Assembly (NCBI GenBank): GCA_044892525.1
Contig: CM097885.1
Coordinates: 26,972,001 to 27,036,000, forward strand
DNA from: Schmidtea polychroa
Lineage: Eukaryota
DNA length: 64,000 bases
Direction: 5' to 3'
Shown: positions 13,953 through 24,833 of the stretch, piece after piece
Numbering within the stretch: position 1 is the first letter of the stretch
Layout: the number at the start of each line of letters is the position of its first letter
Made by a program: the position numbers and the translations under genes
The notes under the pieces: model-generated
Database searches by the model: none
What the model was told of the DNA's origin: nothing
The model's input: only the letters and a program-made list of their open reading frames with translations

Positions 13953-14959
13953 ATAAAACTAATTTTTACATGATTTTACCCAGCAATAGCTCTCCTTTAA
14001 TTCATCCAAATAACAATGCCAGTAAATTTATTGTCGAACTTCAAAATCCAATCTATTTAAATGGTAGTTGGGAAGTGTCCTTGTTGGATTTTACATTTGT
14101 ATACAATCTCTTTCCGTTTTACAGTAAATCCAAGATTGAATATACCAAGATGGAATCAGTATCAGAAATTGTCAAAGTGCAGATAATTCAAGATAGCTAT
14201 GAAATGATCAATCAAGCAAATACAAATGCGATAATATATGTTGAGGATAGATATTTATACTTTCAATGTTTGAAGCGACCATTTCAATTTTTATTTGAAA
14301 CCTTAACTGATGCAAAACGCCTAGGATTTACTCTATTGCGTAACACTTTTGATGAAACGGTGAAATTTGATATTGATACTCTTCCAAAAACTGATGCTAT
14401 ATTCAAATTTCAACTCTTGTATAACAAAGCTGTTGAGCATAGCTATACATTTCAAGATGATTTGTATATTACAGATCTTGATCAATTAAAAGTTTATTTA
14501 ACAAAACATTGTGCAGATATTTTCGCTGTTGTTGAATTAGACAAATTTTTTAAATTTCAAATGAATCCGAATGTTGGCCAAATGAAATTTGACTCTAATT
14601 TGGTAAAGACATTAGGATTATCAAAAGAAACGTATATACAAAACTTAAAAGTTAACGAAGGAACATCGAAACCAAAAATAATTAAACTTCATCAGCAAAT
14701 GTTCATTTATAGTAATATTGTTGAATCTGTAATTGTTGGTGATGTAAGTGTTCCTCTAATGAAAGCAGTATGGGTTGAAAAGCATGAACAAGATGAAGTG
14801 GTACAGATAACGATTGAAAATCCTATGTATTTACCTGTTGCAACATCATGTATAAACAATATAGAAATTAATATACGTGATGATTCTGGAAAATTGATAA
14901 ACTTTTCAAAAGATTCAAAAACCCATTTGACTTTACATTTTCGAAAGGTGAATGTCTAA
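13949..14959 (+). CDS. Minor capsid protein (penton)
   Basis: Typical Polinton N-terminus FYMILPSNSS...NNASKF...L.GSWEVSL and C-terminus IEINIRDDSG...LTLHFR; ATGA overlap with the integrase stop. Confidence 0.85.
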   Translation: MNKTNFYMILPSNSSPLIHPNNNASKFIVELQNPIYLNGSWEVSLLDFTFVYNLFPFYSKSKIEYTKMESVSEIVKVQIIQDSYEMINQANTNAIIYVEDRYLYFQCLKRPFQFLFETLTDAKRLGFTLLRNTFDETVKFDIDTLPKTDAIFKFQLLYNKAVEHSYTFQDDLYITDLDQLKVYLTKHCADIFAVVELDKFFKFQMNPNVGQMKFDSNLVKTLGLSKETYIQNLKVNEGTSKPKIIKLHQQMFIYSNIVESVIVGDVSVPLMKAVWVEKHEQDEVVQITIENPMYLPVATSCINNIEINIRDDSGKLINFSKDSKTHLTLHFRKVNV

Positions 14960-15341
14960 TCCTGATATTGTGTCGTTATATAGTAATAGTCAAACTGGTG
15001 GAGAATTACCATATTTTATGGGTAAGCAATATGGATCCGGATGGTTGCAAACAATTGGAAGGTTCGCACTTCCAATACTTAAAAAGATTGGTTCATTTGG
15101 CATGAGAACAGCAAAGGATGTGATAATGAAAGATCAAAAAATACTACCAACATTGAAAAGACATGCAATGAATGAAATTGGGAAATTGATGCCAAGTGCA
15201 GCAAAGATTTCTAAACCAAATGAAACTAAAAAACCTCCAACATCAACACCACAACAAATTTTGAGTAAGCGACGAAAATCTCGTATAAACAAAAGATGGA
15301 AAGGTTGTGGAACAATATTCGAAAATGATGATCTCCGGTAA
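14952..15341 (+). CDS. Small basic virion protein with protease sites and an amphipathic helix
   Basis: Y..SQTGG.LPYF.G.QYGSG followed by WLQTIGRFALPILKKIG; basic C-terminus; lies between penton and MCP. Confidence 0.75.
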   Translation: MSNPDIVSLYSNSQTGGELPYFMGKQYGSGWLQTIGRFALPILKKIGSFGMRTAKDVIMKDQKILPTLKRHAMNEIGKLMPSAAKISKPNETKKPPTSTPQQILSKRRKSRINKRWKGCGTIFENDDLR

Positions 15342-16554
15342 AACTGAATTGTGTATTTTTGATCGTCCGTCTCCACAAGTAGTAATTGAAAATGGAATAT
15401 TTGAAGATGTATTTCCTATGAATTCAATTACTGATTCAAGGAATGATGTAGAATTTTTTGTTAACGGTTCACAGACTGAATATTTAGATTTGAATGACAC
15501 TCTATTATCCATTCAACTGAAGGTTGTAGATAAAGACAATAAAGATCTGGCAGATGGTGTTGATGTAATTCCAACCAACTACATGTTTCATACTCTATTT
15601 AAAGATGTTATTCTGGGTTTTAATAATATCAAAATCGAAGGTGGCAACAACACATATGCACACAAAGCTTTAATTGAAACAATTTTAAACTATAACGGAG
15701 ATACAAAAAGTATTTGTCTTGCGCCGATGGGTTATGGAAGTAAAGATTTTAGGAAAACATGGATTGCGAAATCAAGACTGTTTTCAATGTGTTCATCATT
15801 ACAACTAGATTTTATGGATCAGCCTAAATATTTACTACCAGGAGTCAATGTACATATTCGTATGAAGAGATCAGACTCAAAATTTTGTTTGGATACATCT
15901 GTAGCTGGAGCATCACCAAAATATCAGTTGGTTGATGCAAAATTAATGGTTCGCCGTGTACGAGTTGAGTCATCAGTGTTGGCAGGCCATCAGATTGGTC
16001 TTAATTCACAACATGCGATTTATCCTATCAAAACCAAAGAAATTGTTGCCTTTGCAATAAGTAAAGATTCATCCTCATTTTATAAAGAACAAATATTTGG
16101 CGATAAACGTTTGCCAAATTTTATTCTTGTAACCTTCCAATCAGAAGCACAATATAATGGTTCATATACAGAAACTAGCTCAAAATTCGCACATTTCAGT
16201 ATGACTTCTTTAACTTTATCAAAAAATTCCGATTATCGTGAGACATATACTCAAGATTTCGACAACGATAACTATGCTGCGACCTATATGCAATCTATAG
16301 TTCGAAATATGGGTTATTTAGATAAGAATTTAAATTGCGGAATCGACATTGTAGATTTTAAGACCAAATATCCTTTCTTTACATTCATTTTGGCTCCAGA
16401 CTTTGATTGGAATCAAAGTCAATTGCCACAAAATGGAAATCTGAGACTTGATATTAAATTCAACAAGGCTTTAACATCTCCTGTATATGTAATTATTTAT
16501 GGAGTTTTTGAAAGCGAAATACAGATTTCAGCAAATCGGTCAATTCTAGTTTAA
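15325..16554 (+). CDS. Major capsid protein (double jelly-roll, hexon-like)
   Basis: Polinton MCP patterns KTELCIFDRP..Q, YLDLNDT, KYLLPGV and GNLRLDIKF...L...VYVIIYG. Confidence 0.9.
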   Translation: MMISGKTELCIFDRPSPQVVIENGIFEDVFPMNSITDSRNDVEFFVNGSQTEYLDLNDTLLSIQLKVVDKDNKDLADGVDVIPTNYMFHTLFKDVILGFNNIKIEGGNNTYAHKALIETILNYNGDTKSICLAPMGYGSKDFRKTWIAKSRLFSMCSSLQLDFMDQPKYLLPGVNVHIRMKRSDSKFCLDTSVAGASPKYQLVDAKLMVRRVRVESSVLAGHQIGLNSQHAIYPIKTKEIVAFAISKDSSSFYKEQIFGDKRLPNFILVTFQSEAQYNGSYTETSSKFAHFSMTSLTLSKNSDYRETYTQDFDNDNYAATYMQSIVRNMGYLDKNLNCGIDIVDFKTKYPFFTFILAPDFDWNQSQLPQNGNLRLDIKFNKALTSPVYVIIYGVFESEIQISANRSILV

Positions 16555-16567
16555 ACAAAGATGAAGT

Positions 16568-16969
16568 ATGGAGTAAGTTGAAGTATGGAGTAAGTTTACT
16601 TTCTAATAAACGATTTACTTGATTAGTTCTGTTCAGCTTAATTGTATTGCAACAAATCTGTTTGGAGACAGGTTTTTAGGAGTTTATCCGCTGGATAAAA
16701 TCCCTTTTCTTGAAAGTAACAATGCTTTAATAGTCAATACCCAATCATCAAGTCTCGATGGCGAACATTGGCTAGCAGTATTTGTTAAACCTGAAAAGAT
16801 TAAAGTGTTTGATCCGATGGGTTACTATTATCCGCCTCTGTTAGTGTCGAAGTTGTCGAAATTATCAAAACCTATCGTGTACAATAGAATTCGTTATCAA
16901 GAACCGCTAACAGTTACATGTGGACAACATTGTATTGTTTGGTTATGTTTTGAGTTTAATAAATATTAG
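16568..16969 (+). CDS. Adenain-type maturation cysteine protease; probable micro-exon ATGGA plus intron (16573-16626, or 16590-16626)
   Basis: Catalytic motifs GEHW, FDPMG and Q...TCGQHC; no in-frame ATG unless spliced, which gives MDSVQLN. Confidence 0.88.
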
Positions 16970-17114
16970 TTGGTGTTCATTTCTTTATTTTCAAAAATAA
17001 CTAAAATAACACAGTTTTTGTACAATATTTTATTAAATAACAATAACAACTCTTTATATACATAAAAAATAGAATGTCTGTTTGAGGAAATTTGACAGTT
17101 GATTTCACATATAA

Positions 17115-20100
17115 TCATGCAAATATATTATCATCATTATCAACAATATTTATACTATAGTGTCCATATGCAAAACTTTTGTTCCGACCCACCCATACCC
17201 TTTTATCATCCTTATTTGACAGAGCCAAATTTGTTGATTTAAATGTGTAAAGTTGATGATTTTTGGACCCAAGCCTCGTTTGTATGACTTTAGGTATTTC
17301 CATTCCATTAAAACAGTCGATGGATGATTGATGATCTATCTCAGTTTCATTCAATCTAATACCTTTGGCTTTAATAGTTTTCTTTGGACCACCCAACAAA
17401 CTATAAAGCTTTGGCCGAAGAAATATCCATTCATCATATAGGACTCCCTTACTTTCATCCTTAAACTTTCCTATAACAGAATCTAATCTTCTGTTATACA
17501 GCGGATGAGACGAATTATAATTAGATGCATCCAATAGATTATCTTGGATCATAGCTTCTAATAATGTTTGCAATTTAAGATTCTTAATTTCCAAGAAGAA
17601 CGAATCCGTATCCCCTGCTGCTATATTAATCTCACAATTGAACTGTTCACGATACTTTTGTAGTTCTATATACTGCAGCTCATACATTCTTAGTTTGGAG
17701 AGATCTAAAACTGTTTGTCCAATATACGAAGGTCTATCCAAACATACAACATCAGGGTTCATAATTGCAGCTATTAAATCATCTGCAATCTTTATACTTC
17801 TCTTGAAGGTTGGTTTTGATGAATATGTTACCATTTTTCTTTGTGAATTGCACAACCTTAAATTCATCCTCTTCTTTAAATTTTCCACTGTTTTCCCATA
17901 TAAACTGTTGTTTAATAGTTTATAATATCCCTTCTCCAGTTCAGATGTTGATTGAGCCCTCAATTTGGTGTTGGCTTCCACATATTCCTTGAAAATAGTT
18001 GATTGGTTAAACTTGATTGCCCGATGTATATTTGTTACTTCAACTCCTAAAAACATATACATTTTCAATAGTCGCCAATGAATTACATAGTTTTTCTTCG
18101 GGTAATGTGTTAACAGAAGCTTTTCCACTTTTGTTCCTTCTGGACACATCTTCTCTGGTGCAACAGGTAAATCGTCTAATAAATCATGAATTTCATCTGG
18201 AATATTCATATCAACCTCCAACGTATATCCATATGGTAAATTCTCTAGGTTTGATGATTTACACTCTTCTAGAATAGTGTCCAAATCAGTATGGATCCAT
18301 TCAAACTTTCCATATGGCAAACTCTGACTAAGTGCCCATCCATACAAGTTATTTATATCGATATATAATAACTCTGTATTTTCATCTCTTCTGACTTGAT
18401 GTTTATTAACGAAAGTCATACCTCCTCGAATGCCAGCTTCATAATAATTATACATTTCATTATCTTGCAACAATTCAATAGGTCTATCCAATGACATTAA
18501 TGCCGATGCCCATGTCATTCCCGGAATACTGAAAAAATTTAAAGGTTCCAATCCATTATGGGCTAGTGATTTAGTTCTGAATTGTTGAAAGTAATCTGCT
18601 AAAAGATATACATCCAACTTTAGATATATCATCATATAGTCTAAAAGGGTTTCACATCCGGTTTCAGACCATATGTTCACTGCTTTATCATATGCGGCTT
18701 GTGACACTCCTTCCCAAATTGGTGGCAATTCTCTGGTTTCTCATAGAACTTCCAGGCTTGTGGCAAAATTGTATGGAAAAATACCTTTTGAATCCTGTAT
18801 TGTTCCCGTAAATGCTGCATTTGTAATTGGTAAACTGTTTATTGTTTTTACTGCATTATCCAAAGATTCATTTACAAACTGATATGAATCAATGAATTTG
18901 ATCTTTATTTGCTTACAATGCGCAATAAGCGTAAGAAATTTTTCGGATGTTGTCGGAATACAACTCAAATTCCAGTGAGGGAATTTATTTATGCCATATT
19001 TTAAAATATGATGCATATCATAACCTCTCCGGTTATGAAATACTACTGGAAGCACTCGACGTACTCTTCTTGAAAGATTACATTTTCCACATGCCGCACC
19101 TAAATATTTCCCGCTGAAATGATCATGATCTCGAACCAAATGATCACAGTGTTCCTTACATATATAACAAAATGATTGCATATTAAAAGAGGATTGTTCC
19201 GTTGGACTGAGAATTAAAGGTTGTTTACCATTTCTCTGGTAATAATGATTTACTTTATTTTCTGCTATTTCCTCTACTTTCTTTAAAAAATCAAATATAC
19301 AATTTAACCCAATAAATTGAAAATATGAGGAAGCTCCGCTAAAATTGTTTATCAGCAAAAGTCCAGCTGAAATCGGTAAGTGTTTCTGATGGTATTGCTG
19401 ATCGTCTGGTAAAATAGATTCGAAATCAGCATAGATTACGAAAGGTGGAGTCACTTTCTTCGACCAATCTTTGAATCTGAGCTCTTTTTCTGTTGGCATA
19501 ACGTACAAAGTTGTCCCAAGCTGATTTTTCTTACATAAAGCCAGATGTCTTTCATATGTCAATTGTCTCCGAAATCCATTTAGACAATTTACACACCATA
19601 TACATTGAATTCGAACTGTACAATTATTGGATACATGACAGTTCATTAACCTGTTGATATTAGGTATTCCAACGTAATGGTAATTATTACTTTCACTTAG
19701 TAATAATAAATATATTGGTGTAACATCTTTAACCTTTGTCCTCCTAATTATGTCTATATTCGGATGTTTCATAACAACATCATCATCATTATTTAAATAT
19801 GTATCATCCGACTCGTATGAGAGAACATTGATCGCCAATCCTGGATTCTGATCTTCAAATTTCTTTATGTCATTCAATGTTGTCGGAGGGTTTTCCGAAT
19901 CGTAATTTACTTCATTCATGTACCGATAATATTGTGACGGTCTGTTACGGTTTTCATGAATGTCTTCGTATTTCAATATAGACAAAACGCTGTAGATAAA
20001 ACACAGATTGTCTTGATTTTGGATGTTTATAATTTTATTCTTTAATGATGCCGGGGTTCTTATATGTCGATGTCCAGACAATCGACTAATTTCGGCAAAC

Positions 20101-21276
20101 TTTGTTATTTTAAAATTAATCTCCAGTATCCTGTTAAGACGCCAACTGCTACCCAACTCCGATCTAATAGCAATTTTCTCATTCAAACTTTCGATTCCTT
20201 CATCTAAAAAGTCATCTGTTAATTTTGTGGCTCTGTTTGAAATTCTTGCAGTCTTCAGCTCACCGTCTTTGACGAATTCTGCATTGATCCCGAACTGTAT
20301 CTTAACGCTCTTCATTTCATTTATACAAGCGTTTAATTTTATCAGCAACCTTGGTGGAATAACTATTTTTTGTATATTATAACAAGATATGTCCAGTGTG
20401 ATAATTCTATGTGTTCTGTATAAATCACATTCAATTTCCGGTTCATCTGATATTCCTGCTCCTGTTTGAAAGTCATCAACTAGTGAGTAGTGATCTGCAT
20501 AGTCAGTACTATCACTGTCAACATTCGATATATTTTCGTTTTGATCATTGAAATCTAGTTCTTCTATTATTTCAAACGATCCATTATATCAATTTCTTCT
20601 TCTTCAGATCTTCCAACGTCTTCGCGCCTTGAACTTCCAGCTTCTTCGCGCCTTGAACTTCCAGCTTCTTCGCGCCTTGAACTTCCAGCTTCTTCACGCC
20701 TTGAAGTTCCAGCGTCTTCACGCCTTGAACTTTCAGCTTCTTCATGCCTCGAATCTTCTTCCTCGAATCCATGATTTCAATTATTTCTGAGTTTGCATTT
20801 TCTATTTTCTCCAATCTTGCTTTTTTATTTTTAATTAAGTGAGTGGAAACCTTTCTTTTGATAAGCTTATCTTCAGGCCTTGAACTTCCAACTTCTTCAC
20901 GCCTTAAACTTCCTGCTTCGTTGCGCCTTGAACTTCCAGTTTCTTCATGCCTCGAATCTTCTTCCTCCGAATCCATGATTACAATTATTTCTGAGTTCGA
21001 TATTGTATTTTCTATTTTCTCCAATCTTGCTTTCTTATTTTTAATTAAGTGAGTGGAAACCTTTCTTTTGAAAAGCTTATCTTTACGCATCACAAATTGA
21101 TTTAAATGTGTCTTATGCGTGTTATAAAAGGACATGTAGGGATCGGAACTTAAAGTTTCGCAATATGGGCATAAAAAGTAATTTTGTTGATAATATGTTT
21201 TGCCATAATATGTTTGCATGATTTTATGGCAGCTTTTATTGTGACTACTGTTTTGACAATAATTTGGGTATAACAC
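17115..21276 (-). pseudogene. polB: Protein-primed family B DNA polymerase polyprotein; in-frame stop at 18741-18743 and apparent frameshifts at about 20580 and 20765
   Basis: ExoI YADFES, EndoVII-like RDHDH...ACGKCNL, ExoII HN..GYD, ExoIII YLKLDV, motif A YIDINNLYG, motif B KLLNNSLYGK, motif C DTDS; the two track ORFs are in the same frame. The N-terminal extent (20349-21276) is less certain. Confidence 0.92.
20610..21082 (-). repeat. 24-bp coding tandem repeat (EEAGSSRR) plus a larger segmental duplication in the pPolB N-terminal region
   Basis: CTTCTTCGCGCCTTGAACTTCCAG units; the KLxKRKVSTHLIKNKKARLEKIEN block occurs twice. Confidence 0.9.
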
Positions 21277-22057
21277 ACCTTAAAATAAATAATGATTTAA
21301 ATATTTATTAAATGAATTTTATTTTATTAAAATAATTCGGGTTTCCCTTTTGTGTTCCATATATTTTGAGAAAAAAGTTTTATAATCACAAACAATGTGT
21401 AGTTTATTTTATTCAAGTGTAAGACATCCGACAAAAAACCATTACTTTATAAGTTAAAAATGCTAAAGGTAAACGGATGCATTTGTAAACAGTTTCTATG
21501 TATTGACTATTTTTTTAGTCAACAGAGGTGATTATGATTTCATACCTTATGTTTACGTGAATACAGATTTCTGTGACCAAGCTATTATGCAAGTGATGTG
21601 ATTTCCAGTGTACCATGGAAAGTATGCAATAAAGCTAGATCAATAATATTGTATTCTTATTGGTACATAAAGAATTCTTTGCGTCTCCTATAGAGTATTG
21701 ATGATAGCAAAAACAATAACTTGTAATGTTTATACTATTTTAATAATATTAAAAATAAATTAAAATTATTATAAAATTTATTAAAAAAATATTAATGTTG
21801 TTTAGTTTAATATTATAAATAAGACGATACAATTGACATTTTTACCGTTTTTGTCATTTTTACCATTTGATATTTTTTTTTTAAACAAACATTATTTATG
21901 TTTAAATTTGTTTAAATATAATATTAATTATATTTTAAAAAGACACCCAATGGAGAAAATCTCAAAGAAAATCTCAAATTCACAAAGATTTGTATCTATT
22001 TTTTCAATTTTAATTTATTAAAAATATATATATATAAAATAATAATCCTTAATTAAA

Positions 22058-22620
22058 TCTAATATATAAAGATGAAAGTTTGTTTGTTTTCTATAGAATT
22101 CCCCACCGTCGGACCTAGGATGCTGAAATTTTACACGTGGCCCTCATTTGACTCGGAACAGGTCATAGACTATGTTTCAACCCCAGGTGACTACCCCTAA
22201 GTACCCTTAGTCGGATTTATTTTGTCTGTCCGGTCAGCAATTTACCATATAAATAATAATTTATTATATGCTTGCTACTTGAAGTTAAAAGTAATATAAT
22301 TTAGTCAAAAATATTTAAAGCAGAATTCAAACTTATAGAATTTTATTTGATTAGTTAACCAGTTTGCAATTGGAAAAATATTACCGGTTATTTTTGATTT
22401 AAATTGAAGGGTTTTCGATTTTACAAATTGAAATTTATTTTGAAAGCTTTTCTTATTGTAATTAAACATAGAATCGAAACTTATAAAATTAATACTGGAA
22501 CGTATTACCATCATTAAAAAATTAATTTAATTGTATTATATAAAATTAATACTGGAACGTATTACCATCATTAAAAAATTAATTTAAATGTATTATTATG
22601 AAAAGCGGGTAAAACATTTA
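22058..22620 (+). mobile_element. Possible non-autonomous Helitron-like insert inside the Polinton
   Basis: A|TCTAATATATAAAG...GTTTGTTTG 5' pattern; degenerate GCGGGTAAAAC near 22606; no clear CTAG end; internal ~58-bp tandem duplication. Confidence 0.4.
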
Positions 22621-23207
22621 ACTTATTATAAAATTTATTAAAAAAATAGTATTTAATTAAAATTTAATTTATTATAAAAATTTATAACTTACATGTATCA
22701 TAGAAATCTTCCATATCATTTCCTTGATCGATATCACAACATATTTTCTAAGCGAAAAACTTAATATATATATATATTAAATAAATAAAGTTTACCGTTT
22801 GTTTTTTAATATTTGGCATTCTTCTTCTTTTATTTTGAATGAATAATATCTGAAAGAAAAGAAAATAAATATTTAACAAGAGCAAAATAAAATCTTACTT
22901 GTTAGATAAAAATTAATTGATTAATTGAAATTCAAATGTAATATTAAAACAATAGTTAATTATCTAAGCAACTATTGTTAACAACCAAATAGAATCTTCT
23001 AGAATTTTTTTTATATAACTAAGAATATTCTTTTTATTCATAGATTTTGTTCATAGTTAAATAATAACTGATTATTGTATCTAAATATTTATTGTTACCA
23101 ATCAACTAGAATGTTCTAGAATGTTCTAGAACATTCTAGGTTGATCTAGAATGTTATTATTAATATGTAAGTAATAAATATGAATTTGATGCAAGTTAAA
23201 TTAACTA

Positions 23208-23642
23208 TCAAAGTTTATAAATTTTTATTAAATTGACAAAAAATATAATGAAACGTTTAAACATAGTTCTTAACCAAAAATGTAACTCTAATTTTTTTAT
23301 ATATTTCCAGTCACCATTTTCTTTGATCCATGGGTATATTTTTGTAATTTCTTGCACTGGCCAGTTCATATATTTTGGATGTTCATTTGGGCATAAAATA
23401 AGAATGTTTCTGACATACATTAAGCTAACGATGACTTTAAACCAACATATACCATCCTCAAACAACGATTCAAAGACATCCTTGAATGTTTTTTCCTGAT
23501 TACCTTCCGATGATAAAATAGAAGAGAAATCAATGGTACATCGAAGCTCTACTTCTTTTATTATTTTTAATAAACAATTTATTGTTTGATCATCACTTTT
23601 ATAAATTAAACCATTGACAATGGCGATTATGTATTCATTCAT
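23208..23642 (-). CDS. Bcl-2 family protein (viral-type)
   Basis: BH1-like FKDVFESLFEDGICWFKVIV, BH2-like PWIKENGDW, hydrophobic/basic C-terminal tail. Confidence 0.82.
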   Translation of the reverse strand: MNEYIIAIVNGLIYKSDDQTINCLLKIIKEVELRCTIDFSSILSSEGNQEKTFKDVFESLFEDGICWFKVIVSLMYVRNILILCPNEHPKYMNWPVQEITKIYPWIKENGDWKYIKKLELHFWLRTMFKRFIIFFVNLIKIYKL

Positions 23643-23797
23643 TGTAAAAATGAATGTATCTTGAAATTAATATGCAAGATTAATGCATATTTTGTTTGGT
23701 TAATGTAACAAGTATTTGATTTGTTGATAAAATGAACAAATGAGAGATGTATGTGAGACAGTGTGTGTATAGAACTTAAAGTTTATCATTATTTCAA

Positions 23798-24208
23798 ATG
23801 TTGAATATGAAGAATGAGCAACCGTTATTTAAAGCAACTTATATTTTTCATGAGCATCAAATACATTTACTAGTCAATCCGATCAATTACAATTTGTTGA
23901 TTCCTGTTGAACTAGTGAAAACTAGTTACAATTACTGGATTGAAGAATTCTCTCAAGAAGATCAAGAAGCGATTACTACAATATTTGGACGAATCAACAA
24001 GCAACTTATAGTTAATGAAAATGGTTCATTCATAGGCGGTCCATCAACGAAATTTTATGATGAAGACGAGAATCAAATCCCATTTAAACCTAATGCTAAA
24101 TGGAATATGAAAATTTGCATTCAAGGTTATAAAATAGCGCCAAGTACAGCAATATTACCTATATGGAAGATTGTAAGTGGAAAATTGCAAAGAAATTATG
24201 TATGTTAA
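23798..24208 (+). CDS. Hypothetical Polinton protein, possibly an OB-fold ssDNA-binding protein
   Basis: Intact 136-aa ORF; C-terminal TKFYDE...MKICIQG...PIWKIVS is reminiscent of viral SSB beta strands; function is inference. Confidence 0.55.
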   Translation: MLNMKNEQPLFKATYIFHEHQIHLLVNPINYNLLIPVELVKTSYNYWIEEFSQEDQEAITTIFGRINKQLIVNENGSFIGGPSTKFYDEDENQIPFKPNAKWNMKICIQGYKIAPSTAILPIWKIVSGKLQRNYVC

Positions 24209-24401
24209 TATCTTATGTTATTTTTATTAAATAAATGTTTCTGTTTAAAAATCGTGTTGTTATGATATCATAATTTGGTTGTCATAATAATATTTAAAAT
24301 TTAAAATAATCAATATAATTACCTAGAGTTATCCATTATTTTCAATAATATTAGTAAATATTAATTACCGTGGACGGGTTTCATTAAAAGTTATACAAAA
24401 T

Positions 24402-24797
24402 ATGAATTTTCCTTATGGTAAACCTCAGCAAATAATAGATAAAACTGATAATTATACAATTATATTCTTCAAGACAGGGAAATGTCGAATAATGGGTTGC
24501 AAAAAACCTATTGAAAGCATACATTATAATATTAAAGATGTTCATCTTCAATCTTGTACAATTACTATTGATATCAAACAACTAATTAATTTGCAATATT
24601 TGTCAAAGAAAACAAAATGTGTATATGAACCAGAAATATTCCCGGGTTTGCGTCTCATATCTTATAACCCCTTGTGTGTAAACTTGTTTTCTAGTGGAAA
24701 AATAGTTGTACTTGGTTTAAAAACTCTAAATTATAATTGGATTGTCAACAAAATTATAAATGATGTAAATGATTTGATTGGTTCACAAAAACTATAA
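24402..24797 (+). CDS. TATA-binding protein (TBP)-like protein; frame open upstream to about 24327
   Basis: Two TBP repeats: IIFFKTGKCRIMGCK and YEPEIFPGL...VNLFSSGKIVVLGLK; upstream in-frame LVNINYRG resembles the first strand. Confidence 0.88.
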   Translation: MNFPYGKPQQIIDKTDNYTIIFFKTGKCRIMGCKKPIESIHYNIKDVHLQSCTITIDIKQLINLQYLSKKTKCVYEPEIFPGLRLISYNPLCVNLFSSGKIVVLGLKTLNYNWIVNKIINDVNDLIGSQKL

Positions 24798-24833
24798 ATA
24801 TTGTACACTTTAACATTTGTTTCATTTATTACA

